From the NCBI GenBank assembly GCA_965238075.1, contig OZ250173.1, forward strand, positions 64,001 to 128,000: DNA of 64,000 bases, given 5' to 3'. Positions 1 through 8,731 of the stretch are shown here, piece after piece (positions within the stretch are counted from its first letter, which is position 1; every line of letters begins with the position of its first letter). The position numbers were made by a program, and so were the translations under genes. A model generated the notes under the pieces. That model was not told the DNA's origin. It worked only from the letters and a program-made list of their open reading frames with translations, and made no database searches. Origin of the DNA: Candidatus Entotheonellaceae bacterium (GTDB taxonomy: Bacteria; Tectomicrobia; Entotheonellia; Entotheonellales; Entotheonellaceae).

Positions 1-713
1 ACCTGAACTACCAGTTCGCCAGCCCGTTTTCCGAACGCATGACGCACGTCATCTGGTTTGGGCTCTACAGCGGCGAAAATGGGACTGCCTTTCACGGCGG
101 GCAGCTTGACAAGCCGGTTTGGTTCACGCGGGCTGAGTTGTTCTACGAAGTGGCGCCGCGGGCAGGTCTGGAACTCGGCCTCAGTTTTGCTGCCGGGAAG
201 CGCTTCGAATGCTTTGAACCTGGTGCACCCTTGGAATGTTTTGAGGGCGATGACGGCGCCGAAATGCTCGCCGGGGAATTCGATACCATGCTCATGAACG
301 TCCACTTCGAGTTCGATTGGCGGCCGCCGTTGTACAGCTTGGAGCACAGTTTCGGCTTCTTGAGCGAAATTTTTTATTCCAGCGTGGAGCGCACGGACGG
401 CACGCTGAATCAGTGGGGTGGTTACGCACTGTTTCAGTACGGCATCAATGCCAATTTGGCCCTTGGCGCCCGTCTCGACGTGGCTGAATGCCCCGGATTT
501 TCTTCGTCGTTGTGCGTCGTCATGGAGAGCGACACACCCATCGAGGACCGCTCCGAGTGGGCCTTCTCACCCATCCTCACCTACAACCCGAGCCCCTTTC
601 TGACCCTGCGGGCGCAATACAAGCACACGCAGCGAAATTACGCCGAGGATTCCCAAGAAATCCTCCTCCAGGCCCTGTTCATCATCGGCTACGAGCGTTC
701 GGAACCGTTCTAG
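1..713 (+). CDS. Outer-membrane beta-barrel/porin-like protein, 5'-truncated by the window edge
   Basis: Frame is open from base 3; alternating aromatic beta-strand pattern (WAFSPILTYNPSPFLTLRAQYKH...LLQALFIIG) and terminal Phe; lies upstream of a metal SBP. Confidence 0.6.
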   Translation, partial: LNYQFASPFSERMTHVIWFGLYSGENGTAFHGGQLDKPVWFTRAELFYEVAPRAGLELGLSFAAGKRFECFEPGAPLECFEGDDGAEMLAGEFDTMLMNVHFEFDWRPPLYSLEHSFGFLSEIFYSSVERTDGTLNQWGGYALFQYGINANLALGARLDVAECPGFSSSLCVVMESDTPIEDRSEWAFSPILTYNPSPFLTLRAQYKHTQRNYAEDSQEILLQALFIIGYERSEPF

Positions 714-725
714 GAGGAAGTACCA

Positions 726-1688
726 GTGACCAGGTTTTCTGTAACTCTACGTTCGGCAGTGTTGGGGGTTCTGACCCTGGCATTCGTGTTGACCTCCGGC
801 GGTTGGGCCGCTGAGCACGGACAGTCCGCGTTCCTGGTTGGGAGCACCACCGACTTTACCGCCATTGCCAAGGAGATCGGTGGGGATCGGGTGCAGGTCT
901 ACGCGCCGCTGCCCGGGTACCAGGAGCCCGAGCTGTACATCGAAGAGGTGTTTCCGTCCTGGATCATCCAGGCGTCGCGGGCGGACGGCTATATCCGCAT
1001 CGGGCTTTTCGCCGACGTATGGGCGGATATCTTGGTTATCGATGCGCGCAATCCGCTCATCTATCCCGGCGCGCCCGGACACGTGGACGCCTCGCAAGGC
1101 ATCCACGTGCTGGAAGTCCCGACCGGCCCGCTGGACCGCTCCCGTGGCGAGATTCACCTGCAAGGCAACCCGCATTACCTGCTGGACCCGCTGAACGCCA
1201 AGATCGTTGCGGACAGCATCCTGCGGGCGCTGGTGGCTATGTCGCCCGAGGAGGCGGATTTCTTCACGGCCAACACCGAGGACTTCAAGCGCCGCATCGA
1301 CGAGGCCATGGAGCGCTGGCAGGACATGGCCGCGCCCTTGCGGGGCAAGAAGCTGGCGGCTTATCACCGCACCTGGACCTACCTGTTGCGGCGTTTCGGC
1401 CTGGATATCGTGGGTTACGTGGAGCCCAAGCCCGGCATTGCGCCGTCGCCGCTGGAAATCCGCAATCTGGTCAGGGCGATGGTGCGGGACAACGTTCGCC
1501 TGATCATCCACGCGCCGGTCTATCACCCGCGCACGCCGCGCGCCGTGGCTCGTCAGGTATTGGGTCGGATAGGCGAGCCCGTCACGGTGCTGAAGCTACC
1601 GGCGCACGTCGGCGGGGTGCCCGAAGCGGACAGTTATTTTGCCCTCTTCGATTACATCTTGACGACGTTGAACGAGGTCCTCAATTGA
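726..1688 (+). CDS. ZnuA/TroA-family (cluster A-I) metal ABC substrate-binding protein
   Basis: Signal peptide; EIGGDRVQV, GEIHLQGNPHY and YHRTWTY motifs; AGGAGG RBS. Confidence 0.85.
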   Translation: MTRFSVTLRSAVLGVLTLAFVLTSGGWAAEHGQSAFLVGSTTDFTAIAKEIGGDRVQVYAPLPGYQEPELYIEEVFPSWIIQASRADGYIRIGLFADVWADILVIDARNPLIYPGAPGHVDASQGIHVLEVPTGPLDRSRGEIHLQGNPHYLLDPLNAKIVADSILRALVAMSPEEADFFTANTEDFKRRIDEAMERWQDMAAPLRGKKLAAYHRTWTYLLRRFGLDIVGYVEPKPGIAPSPLEIRNLVRAMVRDNVRLIIHAPVYHPRTPRAVARQVLGRIGEPVTVLKLPAHVGGVPEADSYFALFDYILTTLNEVLN

Positions 1689-1774
1689 GGTAGGCTTGCC
1701 GCCGGCTGATCGACGAGGGTTCCTGTCGATCAGCCGGTCTACCATTATTTCAACCAACATTAGGAAGGCTAAAC

Positions 1775-2587
1775 ATGCGTATCACCGGACGGAGTCTCGT
1801 GCCGCTGGGCGCAGTCATCATGCTGCTGTTCTGCGCCGCCACGGCTGCCGCGCTCGAGGTCCGGCTCATCTATGTGGGCAGCACCGACGAGGCGGCATGG
1901 TTCGGCGTCTTGCAGGGTCAGCATGAGGCCAACATCCAGGGGCGTTTTCTCGACCAGACCTATACCGTGGAAGCGATGACGCCGGAGGCGTTGTCACAGG
2001 CGAATCAGCAAGCCGCTGCGATAATCGCAGCGGGCGACGCATCAGCGGCACAAAGCCTGAGCGAGGCGATGCCCGGCGTCGCCGTGTTTAACGTGACGGC
2101 TGACGACGACGCCCTGCGCCAGGCTTGCACCGCGAATCTGTTGCACGTTCCACCCAGCAACGCCATGAAGGCAGATGCGGTGGCGCAGTGGCTGCAGAAG
2201 AACCCCGACGCCAGCGTGGAGGCGCGTGCCTGGCATCCCAAATTCGTCAAGTATGCTGCTCGTGACCTGAACAAGCGCTTCCTGAAGGTTCAGGGCGTTG
2301 CGATGAACGACGACGCTTGGGCCGGCTGGGCTGCAGTGCGTATGGTCGCCGAGGCCGTCATACGGACGCAGTCGACGGACCCTTCTGCCCTGCTTTCCTT
2401 CGTGAAGACTGAGATTGCCTTCGACGGGCAAAAGGGCATCTCCCATACCTTCCGTGATACCGGTCAACTGCGGCAGCGGCTCCTCATTGTTGACGACGCT
2501 GGCAAGCTGACCGGCGAAGCCCCGGTGCGGGGTGTGGCCGACACGACGGACCTCGACAGTCTCGGCATACCCTCGTGCCAGCGGTGA
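1775..2587 (+). CDS. PQQ-catabolism-associated ABC substrate-binding protein (PedA1-like)
   Basis: Signal peptide; AWH...AARDLNKRF...AWAGWAAVR...FDGQKG...FR.TGQLRQ...DLDSLG....C C-terminus; PQQ context. Confidence 0.75.
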   Translation: MRITGRSLVPLGAVIMLLFCAATAAALEVRLIYVGSTDEAAWFGVLQGQHEANIQGRFLDQTYTVEAMTPEALSQANQQAAAIIAAGDASAAQSLSEAMPGVAVFNVTADDDALRQACTANLLHVPPSNAMKADAVAQWLQKNPDASVEARAWHPKFVKYAARDLNKRFLKVQGVAMNDDAWAGWAAVRMVAEAVIRTQSTDPSALLSFVKTEIAFDGQKGISHTFRDTGQLRQRLLIVDDAGKLTGEAPVRGVADTTDLDSLGIPSCQR

Positions 2588-2606
2588 AGGTTTCCCGGTT
2601 GGCAAG

Positions 2607-2687
2607 AGCCTGCCCTGGCCCCCGGATTAGGTCCGGGGCAGGCTTCGATCCGGGGTCAGTGGATTCCGGGTCAAGCCCGGAATGACG
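2607..2687. repeat. Palindromic intergenic REP/RPE-like element, copy 1
   Basis: Nested inverted repeats ending TGGATTCCGGGTCAAGCCCGGAATGACG; related copy at 29213-29308. Confidence 0.6.
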
Positions 2688-2746
2688 ATGACGGTTTTAC
2701 TGGCCACCAACCGCTACTGACTAATCACTACTTTCACGGGAAGGAC

Positions 2747-3712
2747 ATGACGTTTATGCGACCGATAGCTTTTGCAATGCTCGTGTTTCTCATCCTGGCC
2801 GTCGGGACTGCTGCAGCTGAGCCGACTTACCGCGTTTTTGTCACCAATGAGCGCGACGATTCCGTGTCGGTCATTGATAGCCGCACCAACGAGGTAGAGG
2901 CCACCATCGACGTTGGCGACCGCCCGCGTGGTATTGGCTTTTCTCCTGACCGGGCTTACGTTTATGTGGCGCTCGGCGAGGAAAACGCCATCGGCGTCAT
3001 CGATGCGCGCACCCTCGAGGTTGTCAAGAAGGTATCCGCGGGTTCCGACCCCGAGGCATTCGCCGTGCACCCGAACGGCAACATCTACCTGTCCAATGAA
3101 GACGCGAACCTCGCCACGGTCCTCAATCCGGTCTCTGGAGACATTCTGGCCGAAATCCCAGTCGGCATCGAGCCCGAAGGCGTGGGGGTGTCGCCGGACG
3201 GCTCACGGGTCATGGTGACCAGCGAGAGCACCTTCATGGTGCACGTCATTGCCGTGCCGGAGCACGAGGTAGTGGCCAACGTGTTAGTGGGTGCTCGCCC
3301 GCGAGAGGTGACGTTTTCGACAGATGGCAAATGGGCCTATGTGACCAGCGAGATCAGCGGCCAGGTGAGCAAGATCGACGTGGCGGCCAATGCCGTAGTG
3401 CTGCAGGTGCGGCTGGACGTTCCCAAGGCCAAGCCCAAGGGCGTAGTGGTCAGCCCGGATCAGAGAACCCTGTACGTCTCCACTGGCAGTGGCAACATGA
3501 TTGCGGCGTTGAACGCCGATACGCTTGAGCTGCTGGGCACCGTCAAGGTTGGCAAGCGGGTCTGGGGTATCGCACTGTCGCGGGACGGCTCCCGCCTGTA
3601 CACCTGCAATGGTGTCGATGACACGGTGTCAGTCGTGGATACCGCCAGCCTGACCGTCGTTGCCACCATTCAGGTAGGTACGGCGCCCTGGGGTGTGGTC
3701 ATTGATGATTGA
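2747..3712 (+). CDS. YVTN-type beta-propeller, PQQ-catabolism-associated (PedA2-like)
   Basis: Repeated V.VG..P.G...SPDG..YV blades; signal peptide. Confidence 0.85.
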   Translation: MTFMRPIAFAMLVFLILAVGTAAAEPTYRVFVTNERDDSVSVIDSRTNEVEATIDVGDRPRGIGFSPDRAYVYVALGEENAIGVIDARTLEVVKKVSAGSDPEAFAVHPNGNIYLSNEDANLATVLNPVSGDILAEIPVGIEPEGVGVSPDGSRVMVTSESTFMVHVIAVPEHEVVANVLVGARPREVTFSTDGKWAYVTSEISGQVSKIDVAANAVVLQVRLDVPKAKPKGVVVSPDQRTLYVSTGSGNMIAALNADTLELLGTVKVGKRVWGIALSRDGSRLYTCNGVDDTVSVVDTASLTVVATIQVGTAPWGVVIDD

Positions 3713-3737
3713 TTGAAGGGTTCCTTGGCCCAAACAA

Positions 3738-3786
3738 AAGCGGGGCAGCAGAGGAGGGATGACTCTGCTGCCCCGCTTCTGTGTTT
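3738..3786. terminator. Bidirectional rho-independent terminator
   Basis: 16-bp stem AAGCGGGGCAGCAGAG/CTCTGCTGCCCCGCTT between convergent genes, with A- and T-rich flanks. Confidence 0.75.
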
Positions 3787-3798
3787 ATGGCCCGACGA

Positions 3799-4257
3799 TT
3801 AAGAACTGTCGTGACGGGCGATCTTGGCCCGCAGCTCCTCGGCCAGGGTGGCGTCAAGTTCCTCCAGGATCACCAGATGTGACCTGGCCTCCGACACCTT
3901 GCCAACCGTCAACAGGGCTTCGCCCATGTACTCATGCGCCTCCGCCAAGTCCGGCTGCAGGTCGAGGGCCTTCCGGTACAGCTCGATGGCGCGTTCGAAC
4001 TGGCCCATGCGGCGGAACGAGTAGGCCATGTTCGTGTAGGCCATGGCATGGGTCGGGTCCGCGGCAATCACCTTCTCGAAAGCCTCGACGGCCTGGCGAA
4101 ATTTGCCAGCCTTAAGGAGGTCGTAACCCGTTTCGTAGTCCGTCGGCTGAGCCTGGGGCGCCAGCGCGCTGCCCTCGGTCATGCCCTCATCGGCAAGGGT
4201 CAATCCCGGGACCACGAGCAGAAAACCACACATCAGCGCAAGCCCTATCTGCCGCAT
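3799..4257 (-). CDS. Exported TPR-repeat protein
   Basis: Signal peptide; TPR consensus (AYTNMAYSFRRMG...AEAHEYMGE). Confidence 0.8.
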   Translation of the reverse strand: MRQIGLALMCGFLLVVPGLTLADEGMTEGSALAPQAQPTDYETGYDLLKAGKFRQAVEAFEKVIAADPTHAMAYTNMAYSFRRMGQFERAIELYRKALDLQPDLAEAHEYMGEALLTVGKVSEARSHLVILEELDATLAEELRAKIARHDSS

Positions 4258-4285
4258 GGATTTGCCTCCTCTTTTCCAAACTCCG

Positions 4286-5446
4286 TTAGGATCTATCCTC
4301 GCTCCAGGGCGGCGTGTACGAAACGCCGTATTGCGACATCAACTCGGAAACCTGCTGTTCTGCCGCCAGTTCGCTGAGAACGCCATTGAGGATTTCACGC
4401 AGGTCATAGTCATTCTTGCGCACCCCAATGGCGACGTTCCACAGCAGGTTCGGGTCTGATACATACCCATCCACCGGCTTTACGGTGCTATCGGGGCGGT
4501 TTTTGAGCCACCAATCCATTTCCAGTGCGGGCACCAGGGCCACCTCCATATCCCCCTTCTGCACGGCCTGCAGGGCGTCGTGGCTGGATGCAAACGGTCT
4601 GCAGGCGTAACCTGATTGGAGAAGGACCTTTTCCGCCTGTGACTTTAGCGGCACCGCCGTCGTCCTGTCGGCCAACTCCATCACGTCCTGCACCTCGGAT
4701 GCCTGCTCGCCGCGTACCAAGGTATAGCCGGTACCGAAATAGGGCTCCGTCAGGATAACACGGTCGATGGCCTCTTGTTGAACCGGCACGCCCATGAACA
4801 TATCGCAGCGTTTCTGGACCAGCGAGAGGCTCAGGGCGCCCAGCACGCCGCCGCGCCGCGACGTGGCCCAGAAATACTGTGTCTTCAGCCCCATGCGGCC
4901 AGCGATTTCCTCGGCGAGCGCAATGTCAAAGCCGCCTGGCGAACTCTTGTCGGAGGCGGGCAACTGATTCGGCATGGCACAAACCGTGAGGACCCCCTTC
5001 TCTCTGGCTTCGTAGAGAGCGCCCTTATATTCGGTGCGCAGGTAGGCAATGATGGACCAGATGTTCATGGGTTGAACACGGGCGCCAAAAGCCCCCATCG
5101 GCGTGCCCGGGCGGCCGGCGACGATGGTTGCAAAAATGTCGGTATCCGATCCGCCCCAGGTCCAGACTCCATCCTGCAGATTGGGCCCCTTGGCGCCCTT
5201 GCCGCGGGTGCCGTGGCAGATGGAGCAATAACGGTGGAACAGGTTGTATCCTTTTTTGATCGCTTCCGGGTGGCCGTGTAGGGGGTTGGTAATATCCTGC
5301 GCCTGAACGGACGCGGGTGTGGACAAGAACAGTCCAAGCATCCCCGCGCAAAGCAGAACGCCCAAGCTCCCCGCGGTGAGACCCCAACGCATGATCATGG
5401 ATGCCAGATGCCCCGGCCATCTCTTTCCAGAAACCCGCTGCCTCAT
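4286..5446 (-). CDS. Cytochrome c fused to a XoxJ/MxaJ-like periplasmic binding domain
   Basis: CSICH heme motif and GRPGTPM in the N-half; LTVCAMPNQLP.S, GFDIALA and RCDMFMG in the C-half; ATG 5446 preceded by AGGAGG. Confidence 0.8.
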   Translation of the reverse strand: MRQRVSGKRWPGHLASMIMRWGLTAGSLGVLLCAGMLGLFLSTPASVQAQDITNPLHGHPEAIKKGYNLFHRYCSICHGTRGKGAKGPNLQDGVWTWGGSDTDIFATIVAGRPGTPMGAFGARVQPMNIWSIIAYLRTEYKGALYEAREKGVLTVCAMPNQLPASDKSSPGGFDIALAEEIAGRMGLKTQYFWATSRRGGVLGALSLSLVQKRCDMFMGVPVQQEAIDRVILTEPYFGTGYTLVRGEQASEVQDVMELADRTTAVPLKSQAEKVLLQSGYACRPFASSHDALQAVQKGDMEVALVPALEMDWWLKNRPDSTVKPVDGYVSDPNLLWNVAIGVRKNDYDLREILNGVLSELAAEQQVSELMSQYGVSYTPPWSEDRS

Positions 5447-5577
5447 ATCCAGACTCCCTCCTGTGTACGTGGTCTTCGACGTTCCCGACTGTGGCATGTT
5501 GGCTCTGCCAAGGTTCCCCTGCGAGCCAGCGCCTTTTACAGGAGTCGGCCAAGGGTGTCAAGAGCCGACGCCGCGCG

Positions 5578-6180
5578 TCAGATCGTGCGTTTGAAGCCAA
5601 CTTTGCCGATGAACTTCCCTGCCACCATCAGAACGCCGTTGACCGTCTTGAGCGGCAGGATGGGAAGGCGCTTGGGCGTCGGCCCGCCGACCACCCTCGC
5701 CATGTTCGTCGGGTCATATTCCGAGTAGTGGCACGGGCACTTGACGGTTCGCGTCGCTTTCATCCACAGAGCCACCGGACAACCGGCATGCGTGCAGACT
5801 GCGGAATAAGCGACAATGCCGTCCGCCGAATGGGGTTGCGTGGACCCCGCGATTTCTTCGGGCTTGAAGCGCACTAGCATCACTTTGTTGAGGCGCGAGC
5901 CGTTACGCACCACCTTGTTGACCGGCTCGAACGGGTAAGCAAACACCTGGGGCCCGCCCAGCGGGATGTCCTCGGGCTTGACGACTTCACCCATGTTGTC
6001 GCCCTGCGCGAAAACAAACTGATCGTTCTCCTGCGGACGCATTTTCCGGGGCTCCTTGCTGCGCGCCGCGGCCAGTTTCCAGCCGCTCAAAGCAAATCCT
6101 GCACCCATCAGCATTTTCAGCAGTATCCGGCGTTCGAACAGTCGTTTTACCCATAAGCCGGTTCGGCGTATTTCTGCCAC
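5578..6180 (-). CDS. Rieske 2Fe-2S protein
   Basis: CTHAGC...CPCHYS motifs, GP.PKRLP; RR-containing N-terminal segment; GTG start with GAGGAG RBS. Confidence 0.9.
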   Translation of the reverse strand: MAEIRRTGLWVKRLFERRILLKMLMGAGFALSGWKLAAARSKEPRKMRPQENDQFVFAQGDNMGEVVKPEDIPLGGPQVFAYPFEPVNKVVRNGSRLNKVMLVRFKPEEIAGSTQPHSADGIVAYSAVCTHAGCPVALWMKATRTVKCPCHYSEYDPTNMARVVGGPTPKRLPILPLKTVNGVLMVAGKFIGKVGFKRTI

Positions 6181-6353
6181 GCGTGACTCCTCGACATTGT
6201 GTAGTTTAAGGTGACACCTTGAACAAGGCCCTCTGGCGCCACCAAAGGCGGCCCGAAACGCCATGGCTACAACAAACGAGCAATGACTGTCAAGACCAAA
6301 GTCCGCATGAAGGGAGACGTTTGGGGGCGTGTTTTAGCAACCCCATATTGCAT

Positions 6354-6382
6354 TTGACTCTACCTAAAACCATCCCTATGCT
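6354..6382 (+). promoter_or_regulatory. Sigma70-like promoter
   Basis: TTGACT-17 nt-TATGCT upstream of 6490. Confidence 0.55.
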
Positions 6383-6489
6383 ACGCTCCGCCAAAGGCGC
6401 TCGAAGCGCGATGGCTACTGTTGTTCCTGAGGCGATGTCATACGTTCTGCGTCTCACGATCCATGACACGGCAAGGAGGATGGCAGGTT

Positions 6490-7812
6490 ATGGAGTTCAA
6501 TATATTCGAGCATTTCAAAGGTATGGGCATCACGTCCAATGGGCCCACGAATCACTACGAGCAAGGGGCAAATTACTTCTCCAGCGGGCATCTCGGCGCT
6601 CGCGTTCGCGATCGGCTCGATAGCTTCGCGGAGCGGGTCAACATGCCGCGCCGCAGTTTCATGAAGACGGTCTGCGGCTTTACGGGCGCGATGCTGGCGG
6701 TGAACCAGGCGACCGGCATGCGCTTCTTTGACGTTTCCGAGGCCGAGGCCGTGGAACAAGCGGCGGCGCACGAGAAGAACGCGCTGCTGAAATCCCACCT
6801 CAACTACGTCGTCGACCAGCACACGCACATCTGCTGGCGCCGGGACGGCTTTGTGGCCGGCGTGAACACCTCCGAAAAGGGTATGTGGTTCGTCAATCTC
6901 CTGGACGGGCTGGGCAAGGCCATGGGCCTGGAGAAGGGCATCCAGGACATGACCGTGGAGAATTACGGCAAGCTCATCCTTGAAGAGAGCGACACCACGG
7001 TTGGCATCTTCAACCCGTTCGGCTTCCGCGAGGACTACGGCGGCCAGGATATGATCCCCATCGAGGAACAGGTAGAGGTTCGCAACCGCTGGCCCAACCG
7101 CACCATCATGATGGGCGGCGGCCTGACGCCCAACCAGGGACTGGAATTCACCCTCGACCGGCTGCAGATGTTCGTCGAGGACTACCAGATCTCCGGCCTC
7201 AAGCTCTACACGTTTGATTCCACCCCGCAACGCGGCTGGTGGTTCGACGATGTGAAGCTGGCCTATCCGATCTGGGAAAAGTGCCGTGAACTCGGGATCA
7301 AAAACATCGGCTGCCACAAGGGTATCCCCTTCGGGCAATTCATGGCGCGCTACGCCCACGCCGAGGATTTCGATGCCGTCGCCGATGATTTCACGGACAT
7401 GAACTGGATCGCGTTCCACTCCGCGTGGCCCTATCACGGCGAGTTGGCCGCGCTGAAGTCTTTCAAGCCGCAGCGCAACAATCTGTTCTGCGAACTGGGA
7501 TCGACGTTCGCGGCGACCGTCACCAGCCGTCCGCTGGACTGCGCTCACGTGCTCGGAACCCTGCTGCGCGACCTCGGTTCTGATGCCGTGCTGTGGGGCA
7601 CCGACTCCGTGCTGTGGGGCAACCCGCAGTGGCAGATCGAGGCCTTCCGGCGCTTCCGTATCCCCGATGAGTTGGTCGAAGGGTACGGTTACCCGCAGTT
7701 GACGGATGAGCTCAAGGCCAAGGTGTTGGGCACCAACGCCGCGCGCTTGTGGGGGCTCGAGACCGCTTCTAACACGCCTCCGGCCGAACCGTCCAGGATC
7801 GTAGCCGCGTAG
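6490..7812 (+). CDS. Amidohydrolase_2-family protein with an internal twin-arginine segment
   Basis: DQHTH, CHKG, FHSA and LWGTDS motifs; RRSFMK plus hydrophobic stretch near residue 54. Confidence 0.8.
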   Translation: MEFNIFEHFKGMGITSNGPTNHYEQGANYFSSGHLGARVRDRLDSFAERVNMPRRSFMKTVCGFTGAMLAVNQATGMRFFDVSEAEAVEQAAAHEKNALLKSHLNYVVDQHTHICWRRDGFVAGVNTSEKGMWFVNLLDGLGKAMGLEKGIQDMTVENYGKLILEESDTTVGIFNPFGFREDYGGQDMIPIEEQVEVRNRWPNRTIMMGGGLTPNQGLEFTLDRLQMFVEDYQISGLKLYTFDSTPQRGWWFDDVKLAYPIWEKCRELGIKNIGCHKGIPFGQFMARYAHAEDFDAVADDFTDMNWIAFHSAWPYHGELAALKSFKPQRNNLFCELGSTFAATVTSRPLDCAHVLGTLLRDLGSDAVLWGTDSVLWGNPQWQIEAFRRFRIPDELVEGYGYPQLTDELKAKVLGTNAARLWGLETASNTPPAEPSRIVAA

Positions 7813-7821
7813 GACAAACCG

Positions 7822-7861
7822 GGCCAGGGATGTTGGAACACGCATCCCTGGCCTTTGCTTT
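7822..7861 (+). terminator. Hairpin / terminator
   Basis: GGCCAGGGATG/CATCCCTGGCC 11-bp stem followed by TTTGCTTT. Confidence 0.6.
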
Positions 7862-7884
7862 GGCCTTTCGGCAGGAGTCCGGAT

Positions 7885-8172
7885 ATGCCTGTCTATGAAT
7901 ACGAATGCAGTCCGTGCTTGGTCATCTATCAAGTGTTGCAAGGGATGAACGACGAGCCTTTGCAGACGTGTCAGAAGTGTTCCGGCTCCGTGCGGCGCGT
8001 CATGTCGGCGGCAAATCTGAACACGCGCAACTACTCCAGCCCAACCGAGGCGAAGTACGCCAAGATGAGCCACACCGAGGAAATGGCGCGCGAGAAGGAA
8101 TTGCAGCGCGACTACGAAACCGTCTGGTTGCCGCCGCAGGTGAAGCACGATCCTTGGGATCACGATCACTAA
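7885..8172 (+). CDS. FmdB-family zinc-ribbon protein
   Basis: MPVYEYECSPC...CQKCSG..RRVMS signature; AGGAG RBS. Confidence 0.8.
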   Translation: MPVYEYECSPCLVIYQVLQGMNDEPLQTCQKCSGSVRRVMSAANLNTRNYSSPTEAKYAKMSHTEEMAREKELQRDYETVWLPPQVKHDPWDHDH

Positions 8173-8202
8173 GTCCATCCACATACGAAGGAGTTACGGT
8201 TC

Positions 8203-8574
8203 ATGGTACGCTTGGGCACCACCATCGCTCGCTGGAATGCAGGATATGTCGCGCTGGTGCTGTTCATGGGCTATGGTCTGTTCGGTTTGTCGTCAATGGT
8301 TGATGCCCAGGAATGCGGCAAGGTGCACGAGGTTATCGTGACGCACATATTTACGCCGAAGGATTTGGTCCTGGAGGCGGGCGACTGCGTGCGGTTCGTC
8401 AACATTCACGAGATCGAGCACAGCGCCGTTGCCAGAACGCGGACGTTCAACACCGGCACGCTGATGCCGAGGAGCAGTTCGCTGATTCGGTTCGACAAGC
8501 CGGGCGAGTTGCCCTACGTGTGCGGTTTGCATCCGCCGATGATTGGAACCATTACTGTCAAGTCGAAGCCGTAA
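8203..8574 (+). CDS. Periplasmic cupredoxin (amicyanin/plastocyanin-like)
   Basis: Type-1 Cu ligands H(SAV)...YVCGLHPPM; signal peptide. Confidence 0.85.
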   Translation: MVRLGTTIARWNAGYVALVLFMGYGLFGLSSMVDAQECGKVHEVIVTHIFTPKDLVLEAGDCVRFVNIHEIEHSAVARTRTFNTGTLMPRSSSLIRFDKPGELPYVCGLHPPMIGTITVKSKP

Positions 8575-8731
8575 CCGGCCTCCCGCCCCCTGCACGTGCC
8601 GGCACGTTTTTCCCGCCATCGAAGCCGGCACCGTATTTTTCTTGACTCGCCAATCTAAAGGGTGTTACCAACGCAAGCCTTGGTATGACAGCTTTTCACA
8701 ATCCAATGGCAACTGATAAAGGAGGGGTTCC

